This document shows positions 17,573 through 25,206 of a stretch of 32,000 bases of DNA, in pieces. The position numbers and the translations under genes are program-made. Every line of letters starts with the position of its first letter. The stretch's first letter is position 1. The notes below the pieces were generated by a model. That model had not been told where the DNA came from, ran no database searches, and saw only the letters and a program-made list of their open reading frames with translations. Source of the DNA: Acinetobacter wanghuae (GTDB lineage Bacteria > Pseudomonadota > Gammaproteobacteria > Pseudomonadales > Moraxellaceae); contig NZ_CP045650.1 of NCBI RefSeq assembly GCF_009557235.1, forward strand, positions 1,290,001-1,322,000, read 5' to 3'.

Positions 17573-17959
17573 TTAAGCTTTAACTTTCTTGCTACGGTAG
17601 TCTTCTACAGCTGCTTTAATCGCATCTTCAGCAAGAACAGAGCAGTGTACTTTTACAGGTGGTAGAGCAAGTTCAGTTGCAATATCAATATTTTTGATTG
17701 CTTGTGCTTGATCTAAAGTTTTACCTTTTAGCCATTCAGTCACAAGTGAACTTGATGCAATTGCAGAACCACAACCATACGTTTTAAAGCGTGCTTCTTC
17801 AATAATGCCGTTGTCATCAACTTGGATTTGTAGGCGCATTACGTCGCCACAAGCTGGTGCACCCACCATACCAGTACCCACATTTTCAGCATTTTTGTCT
17901 AAAACACCAACGTTACGTGGGTTTTCATAATGATCAATTACTTTTTCGCTATAAGCCAT
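17573..17959 (-). CDS. iscU: Fe-S cluster assembly scaffold IscU
   Basis: MAYSEKVIDHYENPRNVG, GAPACGDVM, TYGCGSAIASSS and the LPPVKVHCS motif. Confidence 0.97.
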   Translation of the reverse strand: MAYSEKVIDHYENPRNVGVLDKNAENVGTGMVGAPACGDVMRLQIQVDDNGIIEEARFKTYGCGSAIASSSLVTEWLKGKTLDQAQAIKNIDIATELALPPVKVHCSVLAEDAIKAAVEDYRSKKVKA

Positions 17960-18062
17960 GTTGCGTCTCCAAACCTCGGGGTCAGCCTTAATTTAAATAT
18001 GGGGGTAAAAAAACATTTATCAATGAGATCACCATGATTAAATGGCAATCTCATGACAGAAT

Positions 18063-19280
18063 TTAGTGCTCAGCCCATTCGACTGAAGAAAGGTCAATCC
18101 CTTCTTTATACATATCCCAAAGCGGAGAAAGTTCACGTAACTTCTCAACAGCAGCTTTAGTGACAGTGAGTACTTGGTCAATGTCAGCTTCAGTGGTGTA
18201 TTTACCGAAACTGAAACGAATTGAGCTATGTGCAAGTTCATCGGTTAAGCCCAATGCACGAAGTACATATGAAGGCTCAAGTGTTGCAGATGTACATGCT
18301 GAACCTGAAGATACCGCAGCATCTTTCAGTGCCATCATCAGTGATTCACCTTCAACAAAGTTGAAGCTTACATTTAAGTAGTTGGCAACGTTTTGAGTTT
18401 CATGACCGTTTAAGAACACTTGTTCAAGATCACGTAAACCATTCCAAAGTTTGTCACGAAGGACACGGATGCGTGCTTGTTCAGATGCAAGGTTTTTACC
18501 TGCAAGTTCAAACGCTTCACCCATACCCACAATTTGATGCGTTGCGAGTGTACCTGAACGCATACCACGTTCATGACCACCGCCATGAATTTCAGCTTTT
18601 AGACGTACACGAGGGCTACGACGCACAAACAGTGCACCAATCCCTTTAGGACCGTAAATTTTGTGAGCAGAGAAGCTCATTAAATCGACTTTCATGCTTG
18701 AAAGATCGATGTCCACTTTACCTGCAGCTTGTGCAGCATCGACATGGAAGAAGACTTTCTTCGCACGGGTGATTTCGCCAATGGCAGCCACATCAGTCAC
18801 TGTACCAATTTCGTTGTTGACCATCATGAGGGAAACAAGAATGGTATCTGGACGAATATGTGCTTCAACCATTTCAGGGGTAATTAAACCCGTTTGTGGT
18901 TGTGGCTCAATATACGTAATTTCGAAACCTTCAGACTCAAGCTCACGGCATGTATCTAAAATTGCTTTATGTTCAATTTTAGAGGTAATGATGTGCTTGC
19001 CTTTTGATGCATAGAAATGAGCAACGCCTTTAAGGGCTAAGTTGTCAGATTCTGTCGCGCCTGAAGTCCATACGATTTCACGTGGGTCAGCTTTAACCAA
19101 GTTCGCCACTTGTTCACGTGCGTATTCAACTTTCTCTTCCGCTTGCCAACCATACGCATGCGAACGCGATGCAGCATTACCAAAAGTACCATCAAAGGTT
19201 AAGCATTCCATCATACGTTCTGCGACTTGTGGGTCTACAGGAGTTGTCGCTGCATAATCAAGATAAATCGGACGTTTCAT
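18063..19280 (-). CDS. iscS: Cysteine desulfurase IscS
   Basis: [14 protein letters not shown]..., the PLP-Lys context [12 protein letters not shown], and the active-site loop SSGSACTS. The ORF-track start at 19367 would overlap iscR by 86 nt. The ATG at 19280 lies 1 nt after the iscR stop. Confidence 0.95.
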   Translation of the reverse strand: MKRPIYLDYAATTPVDPQVAERMMECLTFDGTFGNAASRSHAYGWQAEEKVEYAREQVANLVKADPREIVWTSGATESDNLALKGVAHFYASKGKHIITSKIEHKAILDTCRELESEGFEITYIEPQPQTGLITPEMVEAHIRPDTILVSLMMVNNEIGTVTDVAAIGEITRAKKVFFHVDAAQAAGKVDIDLSSMKVDLMSFSAHKIYGPKGIGALFVRRSPRVRLKAEIHGGGHERGMRSGTLATHQIVGMGEAFELAGKNLASEQARIRVLRDKLWNGLRDLEQVFLNGHETQNVANYLNVSFNFVEGESLMMALKDAAVSSGSACTSATLEPSYVLRALGLTDELAHSSIRFSFGKYTTEADIDQVLTVTKAAVEKLRELSPLWDMYKEGIDLSSVEWAEH

Positions 19281-19281
19281 G

Positions 19282-19755
19282 TCAAATACCTGTAACCGAT
19301 AAAAGGGCTGAATCAAATGATGCTGAGTTTTGGCGAAGTGAAACGGTTTGAACGTTATCACGTGCAACTAAGTCAGCAAGCGAGATTTTCGCAAGATAAT
19401 CGGCAATGTGGTGGGAGAGTTCCTGCCATAAATCATGAGTCAAGCACATTGCACCATTTTGGCAGTTGCCTTTGTGGTCGCAACGTGTTGCATCAACAGT
19501 TTCGTTTACAGCTTCAATAATTTCTAACACAGTGATATCGGCAGCAGCACGAGCAAGGTGATACCCACCATTGGCACCGCGTACGCTTGACACGAGGCCG
19601 TGACGCTTGAGTTTGGCAAATAACTGCTCTAGATAAGCAACAGAAATCGTTTGTCGAGCTGCAATTTCAGCAAGCGTGATCGTTTGTTCAGTTGGCTGCA
19701 AAGCTAGATCAAGTAGAGCAGTCACTGCGTAGCGACCGCGAGTGGTTAGGCGCAT
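19282..19755 (-). CDS. iscR: Fe-S cluster-sensing transcriptional regulator IscR (Rrf2 family)
   Basis: [18 protein letters not shown] matches the E. coli IscR N-terminus. Cluster ligands are present in [20 protein letters not shown] (C-x5-C-x5-C-x2-H). Start trimmed to the ATG at 19755. Confidence 0.95.
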   Translation of the reverse strand: MRLTTRGRYAVTALLDLALQPTEQTITLAEIAARQTISVAYLEQLFAKLKRHGLVSSVRGANGGYHLARAAADITVLEIIEAVNETVDATRCDHKGNCQNGAMCLTHDLWQELSHHIADYLAKISLADLVARDNVQTVSLRQNSASFDSALLSVTGI

Positions 19756-19788
19756 GATTCGATACACATGGTTAGACTAGATGTGTCG

Positions 19789-19821
19789 ATTTTATGAATC
19801 CTGACTAAAATAGTCAAGTAT
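19789..19821 (-). promoter_or_regulatory. iscR promoter (TTGACT-17-TAAAAT) overlapped by a type-1 IscR box
   Basis: On the minus strand the -35 is TTGACT (19817-19812), the spacer is 17 nt, and the -10 is TAAAAT (19794-19789). Plus-strand 19797-19821, AATCCTGACTAAAATAGTCAAGTAT, matches 23 of 25 positions of the E. coli type-1 IscR consensus ATASYYGACTRWWWYAGTCRRSTAT. Confidence 0.75.
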
Positions 19822-19845
19822 TATTATTGATGCTTTAGACTAAAG

Positions 19846-19869
19846 AATTGTTCTCTAAAAAGAACAATT
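19846..19869 (-). terminator. Hairpin immediately downstream of the SCP2-like gene (weak terminator or insulator before the iscR promoter)
   Basis: AATTGTTCT (19846-19854) pairs with AGAACAATT (19861-19869), a 9-bp stem with a 6-nt loop. Only a short U stretch follows on the minus strand. Confidence 0.45.
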
Positions 19870-20516
19870 TAGGTGGATATCCAATTATATACTAATAACG
19901 TGATTAAGAGTATAGAAAAAATGCTAAAGAAGATGTTGATGCGCTTTTGACGGCGTTCAATTCGCTTTAAGCGATTTTTATATTGTTTCACCTGTACTTG
20001 CAATGTATTGATACTTGAACGTTGTTGTTCAATTTTTTCTAAAAGCGGTGCAATACGATTTTTAGAAGCAATGACATCATCTTCATTGGCAGGTTCAGCG
20101 AGCCATAATTTCCAATCTGATAACAGTTTTGGCACACTTAAAAGCGTCAATAAATCACGAAATTCATCTTTTAAAACTTTATTACCGTCTATACGCATGG
20201 TTTTAATGCTGCGTCGATTACCAAAAATGAAAATTTTGATTAAATCAGCGAGCGTGGTGCGAATATCGAGATCAACAATTTTGTTTGGCGCTTTATGATC
20301 AAATAAAAGTCCATTTTCGGTAAATTGTAAATAGATGTCGAAGTAAGGGATGTAGCTATTTACTTTAATGACAATATTGTCATCAACAAACTTCTTCGCT
20401 TGTAATGCCACAACACGGTCGTGTTTTAGAATAAATGTAAATATTGTTTCTAAAACAATTAAAGTCATGGTTAACAACAAGTGTGGTTGCTTTTGACTCT
20501 GTTGTGATTCACTCAT
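19869..20516 (-). CDS. SCP2/UbiJ-like lipid-binding-domain protein with a C-terminal basic coiled coil and TM anchor
   Basis: Residues about 20-140 resemble the UbiJ/SCP2 layout by eye (ETIFTFILKHDR..., MRIDGNKVLKDEFRDLL). A helical basic segment follows (VKQYKNRLKRIERRQKR), then a hydrophobic tail (INIFFSIFSILLITLLVYNWI). The ORF-track start at 20528 is TTG, so the ATG at 20516 was chosen. Confidence 0.5.
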   Translation of the reverse strand: MSESQQSQKQPHLLLTMTLIVLETIFTFILKHDRVVALQAKKFVDDNIVIKVNSYIPYFDIYLQFTENGLLFDHKAPNKIVDLDIRTTLADLIKIFIFGNRRSIKTMRIDGNKVLKDEFRDLLTLLSVPKLLSDWKLWLAEPANEDDVIASKNRIAPLLEKIEQQRSSINTLQVQVKQYKNRLKRIERRQKRINIFFSIFSILLITLLVYNWIST

Positions 20517-20724
20517 AAATACAACCAATCCTTACCTGAAAAGTGAAATAAATAAGCATCCTGCTTGTGCTAATCTTTCAGGGTTCCAACAAAAAAGACT
20601 TGAAATAAATTGCTTTGTAGAACAGTTTAACAAATCTATCAAGTGCTATATTTGCTATTATGCTGTGATTTTGTAGATTTATATGAATTTTTTGATTAAA
20701 AAACAATCATCAGGAGACCGGCGC

Positions 20725-21198
20725 ATGGACAAGTCAACAATCGCGCAAGAAGAAGATCCTCAATTAAATGAAAAGACGGTGAAAGTGAAGCAGAGATCGA
20801 GTTCCGATCGTAAATCGGTATTGGACTTCAGGAAGTATACCAAGCAAATTTGGTTGGCTGGACTCGGTGCATTTTCGCGTGCAGAGGAAGAAGGCAACAA
20901 GCTTTTTGACTCGCTGGTTCAAGTTGGTGAAGAGCTTGAATCTAAAACGTCTGAAATTGCCGATCAAACTGTGGAAAAAGTCTCAGAGAAGGCCAAAGAA
21001 TCTGTCACAGATACCAAAGATAAAGTCGAAAAACTGATTGATAGCTCTGTTCATCATTCTTTGAATCGGATAGGATTAGTGACATTGAAGGACGTACAAT
21101 ATTTAGAAAGGCTCATCCTTCAATTACATGAGAAAGTAGATTTACTCAGTGCTGAGCTAGATAAAAAGCAGCCAGAATCAACGAAAAAATCACAATAA
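20725..21198 (+). CDS. Phasin / poly(hydroxyalkanoate) granule-associated protein family
   Basis: YTKQIWLAGLGAFSRAEEEGNKLFDSLVQVGEELE is the hallmark N-terminal block of the PHA_granule_1-type phasins. AGGAG lies 9 nt upstream of the ATG at 20725. The ORF-track start at 20683 is less well supported. Confidence 0.8.
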   Translation: MDKSTIAQEEDPQLNEKTVKVKQRSSSDRKSVLDFRKYTKQIWLAGLGAFSRAEEEGNKLFDSLVQVGEELESKTSEIADQTVEKVSEKAKESVTDTKDKVEKLIDSSVHHSLNRIGLVTLKDVQYLERLILQLHEKVDLLSAELDKKQPESTKKSQ

Positions 21199-21264
21199 AA
21201 GTGACTTTATTCATTATTCAATGTTTTTTCGCATATTTTTTGAGAAAAAAGAGGTCCAAGAGTA

Positions 21265-21294
21265 TTGCGTTTAGCCCTAAAGCATTGTTATAAA
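21265..21294 (+). promoter_or_regulatory. Candidate sigma70 promoter of hupB
   Basis: TTGCGT (21265-21270), then an 18-nt spacer, then TATAAA (21289-21294). Alternatively a 17-nt spacer to TTATAA. It lies about 70 nt upstream of the hupB ATG. Confidence 0.55.
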
Positions 21295-21361
21295 GTCGAT
21301 ATGGCAATTTATACAAATTTCTTGGACCTTAAATAAACGAAATTAAGAGGACGTAATTTTC

Positions 21362-21634
21362 ATGAATAAATCAGAATTAATTGATGCAATTGCAGCAAAT
21401 GGGGGATTATCTAAAGCTGACGCAGGTAAAGCTTTGGATGCTACAATTGCGTCTATTACTGAAGCACTAAAATCAGGTGACACTGTTACTTTGGTTGGTT
21501 TTGGTACTTTCGGTGTGAAAGAACGTGCTGCTCGTACTGGTCGTAACCCACAAACTGGCGCAACGCTTGAAATTAAAGCAAGCAAAGTACCAAGCTTTAA
21601 AGCGGGTAAAGGCTTGAAAGATGCTGTTGCTTAA
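21362..21634 (+). CDS. hupB: DNA-binding protein HU-beta
   Basis: 90 aa, [11 protein letters not shown]...GFGTF...RTGRNPQTG...[20 protein letters not shown]. The hupB-ppiD synteny is the same as in E. coli. Confidence 0.96.
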   Translation: MNKSELIDAIAANGGLSKADAGKALDATIASITEALKSGDTVTLVGFGTFGVKERAARTGRNPQTGATLEIKASKVPSFKAGKGLKDAVA

Positions 21635-21650
21635 GTTTATTAAGTGATGA

Positions 21651-21677
21651 AACGCGCCAATCTTGGCGCGTTTTTTA
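21651..21677 (+). terminator. Rho-independent terminator of hupB
   Basis: CGCGCC (21653-21658) pairs with GGCGCG (21665-21670) around a 6-nt loop, followed by TTTTTT (21671-21676). Confidence 0.85.
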
Positions 21678-21764
21678 TTGATTAAATGAATTGATCTGAT
21701 TAACGCATTCATTCGCTCCGTGTTTTCGGTTAAAATTCCACGCAATTAGAATATTGGAATACTT

Positions 21765-23630
21765 ATGGAATCTTTTCGTAAAGTTATTAAGGGATGGTTG
21801 GGCAAGGTTTTACTCGTTCTCTTTTTGACCCCTTTAGCACTTGTAGGTATTGAAGGATATTTTAGCGGAGGAAGCTCAGATCGCGTTAAGTCTGTAAATG
21901 GCACCGATATTTCTCAAAAAGAATTAGAGTCTCTGACAAAATCGTTCAAAGAACAGTACCTAACTTATGCCAATGGTGATGAAACGCTTTTGAATCAGAG
22001 TTTTATTGATCAAAAAGCGATGGATACATTGGTTGCGCGTACTGTCCTACTACAACATGCGGAAAAACTTGGCATTAGTTTAAGCGATCAACAAATCGTG
22101 CAAATGATTTCTCAACAACCAAGCTTCCAACAAGATGGTAAGTTTTCAGATGCATTATTTGAAAATTACTTGAAGTCGGTGGGAATGACCAATCGTGCCT
22201 TGATTGAAAGCTTGCGTAAAGATCATGCGCTGAAAATGTTGTCTTCGACCTTCCTTGATAATCCACTGGTGAGCCCAGTTGATTTAGAACAGATTACCAA
22301 TTTGCAAACTGAGCAACGTCATGTACACATTGCCAGCGTAAATTTGGATAACTATAAAAAAGACATCAAGGTATCTGATGCTGAAATTGCAGCATATTAT
22401 GAAAAACATAAAGCAGCCTTTAAACAGTTGACCAGTGTTGATGTGGATTATGTGGTGGTCAAGCCGACTGACGTCGCGGCATCTGATGTAACAGCAACAG
22501 ATGCAGAGCTGCAGGATGCTTACAACACTTTCGTTGCAGCACAAAAGAAAGCAGTTAAACCTGAAGTTAAACATATCTTAATTACTGCTGATGGTCGTGA
22601 TGAAGCGGCTGCGAAAAAATTAGCAGCTGATGTGGCTGCGAAAATTAAAGCCGGCACATCATTTGCTCAAGCGGCAGCGCAATATTCAGAAGATCCTGAG
22701 TCAAAAGGCAATGGTGGTATGTTGCCTGCTTATGAAGAAGGTGTTTTTGGTACTGCATTTGACCAAGCAGTAAGTTCACTTCAATCTGGAGCTGTATCAG
22801 CACCGATTAAAACTGAATATGGTTATCACCTCATTGCAGTGCAATCAGCTGCAGTAAAAGTGCCATCATTTGAAGCTGAAAAAGCACGTCTAAATGCCGA
22901 AGTCATTGCATCGAAGAAAGCCAATGCCTTCTCTGATACGGTTAATAGCCTTAATGATCAAGTGGTAGGCAGTGATTCGCTTGATGTGGTTGCGCAAGAA
23001 CTGAAAACAGTACGTGTGCAATCTGCCAAAGGTGTGACTTTAGCGACAAAAGATCCTTTGCTGAGCGATGCTAATGTTAAAGTAAAATTGTTTAATACCG
23101 ATGTGAAAAATGGTGATCGTAATGCATCATCAAGCATTCAGTTGAGCAATGGCGATGTGGTTTGGGTGAAAGTTCGCAATTATCATGCTGCAGGTGAACA
23201 AACACTGGCTGAAGCGAAACCACGTGTTAAAAACAAATTGATTGATGAAAAAGCCTATAGCAAAGCCAAGGCACAGATTCAAAAGACATTAGATGAGTTT
23301 AAAACTCAGCCAGCCGCATCTGTAAACAAAGGCAGTTTAGTCTTTGCTGATGCAGGATTATTCACACGCGCGGAAGGTTTGCTCAAACGTGAAGTTCAAC
23401 GTGCTGCATTTAGTGTAAAAACACCAAAAGCGGGTCATTGGTCTGTTGCGACTGCAACATTGCCAAATGAATTGGTGGTTGTAGCAGTATCTGAAGTGAA
23501 AAAGAATTCTGCTGAAGTACTGAGTGCTGAGCAACGTGCAGAGTTGGTGAAACTGTATCAACAACTTCGTGGTCAACAAGAATTTGATGATTACACGCGT
23601 TATTTAAAAGCGAATGCAAAAATTAAATAA
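21765..23630 (+). CDS. ppiD: Periplasmic chaperone / peptidyl-prolyl isomerase PpiD
   Basis: 621 aa. It has an N-terminal TM anchor (KVLLVLFLTPLALVGI), a SurA-N-like region, and a parvulin-like segment (VKHILI...EYGYHLI). Confidence 0.9.
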   Translation: MESFRKVIKGWLGKVLLVLFLTPLALVGIEGYFSGGSSDRVKSVNGTDISQKELESLTKSFKEQYLTYANGDETLLNQSFIDQKAMDTLVARTVLLQHAEKLGISLSDQQIVQMISQQPSFQQDGKFSDALFENYLKSVGMTNRALIESLRKDHALKMLSSTFLDNPLVSPVDLEQITNLQTEQRHVHIASVNLDNYKKDIKVSDAEIAAYYEKHKAAFKQLTSVDVDYVVVKPTDVAASDVTATDAELQDAYNTFVAAQKKAVKPEVKHILITADGRDEAAAKKLAADVAAKIKAGTSFAQAAAQYSEDPESKGNGGMLPAYEEGVFGTAFDQAVSSLQSGAVSAPIKTEYGYHLIAVQSAAVKVPSFEAEKARLNAEVIASKKANAFSDTVNSLNDQVVGSDSLDVVAQELKTVRVQSAKGVTLATKDPLLSDANVKVKLFNTDVKNGDRNASSSIQLSNGDVVWVKVRNYHAAGEQTLAEAKPRVKNKLIDEKAYSKAKAQIQKTLDEFKTQPAASVNKGSLVFADAGLFTRAEGLLKREVQRAAFSVKTPKAGHWSVATATLPNELVVVAVSEVKKNSAEVLSAEQRAELVKLYQQLRGQQEFDDYTRYLKANAKIK

Positions 23631-23642
23631 TCTATAAGCACT

Positions 23643-23672
23643 AAAAAAACCAGCCTTAGGGCTGGTTTTTTT
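23643..23672. terminator. Bidirectional rho-independent terminator between ppiD and the DUF2797-like gene
   Basis: AAAAAAA-CCAGCC-ttag-GGCTGG-TTTTTTT, located between convergent stops at 23630 and 23746. Confidence 0.85.
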
Positions 23673-23745
23673 AGCTTTGAAGACAAGATTCTATCAAAAA
23701 ATCATGTCTTTATTGAGTACTTTTCATCGCTTAAATGGAGCAAGC

Positions 23746-24615
23746 TTATGAACGAATCTTTAGCTCATAACCCGTATATTTACGAATATTAATCACGCCT
23801 GTATCCAAAATCAGATACTGACCTTTAATCCCGTTTAATTTGCCACGAATAATCGGAGTTTTATCTAAATTGTGCGATTTTACTTTTTCGGGATAATGCG
23901 CAACAGGGTAAATAAACTCACGTGGCAACTCTTGCTCTAAAATTTCCACATTTTCATTAAAATCAAGATTCATACTGAACTCATCGCGAATTTCTTGGAT
24001 TTGCGGTGCGAATTCTTCAAGTAAATTGTCTCGGATTTCAAGCAGATCAATCGGTGCAGCTTCACCTTTAAGTAACTTACGCCAATCGGTTTTATCAGCC
24101 ACTTGTGCCCCAAACATGGTTTCAAGCTGACCTGAAAGGCGACGTGAACCGACTTGCATGATTGGTAAGGCTTGAGTTGCTCCTTGATCAAGCCAACGTG
24201 TAGGCATTTGTCCGAAACGTGTAATTCCGACTTTAAGTGCACTGGAATTGGCTAAATAGACAATGTGCGGTTGAAAGCAAACACTCTGTGCAAAACTTTC
24301 TTCACGGCAAGTGCCTAAATGGTGGTGACAGGTTTCAGGCTTCATAATGCACATATCACATGAAGCTTTGGTCTTAAAGCATTTAAAACAATGACCTTGA
24401 GAGAATGATTTATTGGTTTTATTTCCGCAAGAAACACATATAATCTTACCGGTCCACTCAATCTCAATGTCTTCGCCTAAACTGAAAGGTAAATCAATTT
24501 CTGAGCGATCTAGAATGAATTTATACTCAACATTTGCCTGTTGTATATGTTGGTCAGTTACACTGAGGTTGCAAAGACCCGCGTGCATTTTATGACAAAT
24601 GCCCTGAAGTTCCAT
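23746..24615 (-). CDS. Cys-rich zinc-ribbon protein, DUF2797-like (function unknown)
   Basis: 289 aa with four Cys pairs (CVSC, CFKC, CDMC, C-x6-C at residues 60-103), followed by HIVYLANSSALKVGITR. The DUF2797 family assignment is from memory and has not been searched. An alternative start exists at M10 (24588). Confidence 0.6.
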   Translation of the reverse strand: MELQGICHKMHAGLCNLSVTDQHIQQANVEYKFILDRSEIDLPFSLGEDIEIEWTGKIICVSCGNKTNKSFSQGHCFKCFKTKASCDMCIMKPETCHHHLGTCREESFAQSVCFQPHIVYLANSSALKVGITRFGQMPTRWLDQGATQALPIMQVGSRRLSGQLETMFGAQVADKTDWRKLLKGEAAPIDLLEIRDNLLEEFAPQIQEIRDEFSMNLDFNENVEILEQELPREFIYPVAHYPEKVKSHNLDKTPIIRGKLNGIKGQYLILDTGVINIRKYTGYELKIRS

Positions 24616-24650
24616 AAAAAATACTCACTTAAAACATAAGGATGCAGTTA

Positions 24651-25121
24651 ATGGCTGAACAGAATGTCATCACTTCGATGCTAGACGATTTTGCGCAGGA
24701 GCAGCCAATCCACACTGCAATTTGTATTGGGCAAGATTTAACCCAAGTTCAATGTCATCAATCTATTCTCTGGCATCATTTTAGCGTATCTGCATTTTTA
24801 AATCTGCCTTTTCAGCAGCGATATGATATGGGCGTAGTCATGTTGGATTCATCTGAAATGCAAGATTTAGACACGCAAAAAATGAGCCAAATTTTAGTAA
24901 AATTACGTGATTTATTTGCTAAGCGCTTGGTGGTGGTGAGCCGTTTGCAAGATGAAAAATTATTACGTGCATTAGGTTTTACTCAGCTTATTGATAAAAC
25001 CACACATGAGGCTGATTTTGCCTTATGGCAATTTAATATTTTGACCTATAAGCATGTACCTGATTGGTTTAATTCAAAATTTTGGGCAAATCCTGAAAAT
25101 TGGGATAAATTCCGTTGGTAA
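24651..25121 (+). CDS. Hypothetical protein, 156 aa
   Basis: The ORF is divergent from the DUF2797-like gene. AAGGA (24638-24642) lies 8 nt upstream of the ATG at 24651, whereas the ORF-track ATG at 24642 abuts the RBS. The C-terminal block PDWFNSKFWANPENW looks conserved, but I could not assign a family. Confidence 0.6.
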   Translation: MAEQNVITSMLDDFAQEQPIHTAICIGQDLTQVQCHQSILWHHFSVSAFLNLPFQQRYDMGVVMLDSSEMQDLDTQKMSQILVKLRDLFAKRLVVVSRLQDEKLLRALGFTQLIDKTTHEADFALWQFNILTYKHVPDWFNSKFWANPENWDKFRW

Positions 25122-25206
25122 TAGGCATATTTTTGCAAATCTTAACAATTTCATCGACTCAACTTGCTGAGACACCTCGTATTCTATAGATAAATTAATA
25201 TGGAAT

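Noticed and set aside
1547-19367. Numerous nested or antisense ORFs of 60-121 aa in the ORF track, inside putA, putP, mfd, hscA, iscS and ppiD (for example 3793-4122, 10631-10996, 18694-19014, 22284-2574 region).
   Set aside because: All lie wholly within, or opposite, long genes with unambiguous homology. They have low-complexity or stop-avoiding compositions and lack RBS or motifs. They are treated as frame artefacts.
19769-19793. A possible second IscR type-1 site (TGGTTAGACTAGATGTGTCGATTTT) between the -10 and the iscR start.
   Set aside because: Only the GACT core and a few flanking positions match the 25-nt consensus. That is too weak to call without binding data.
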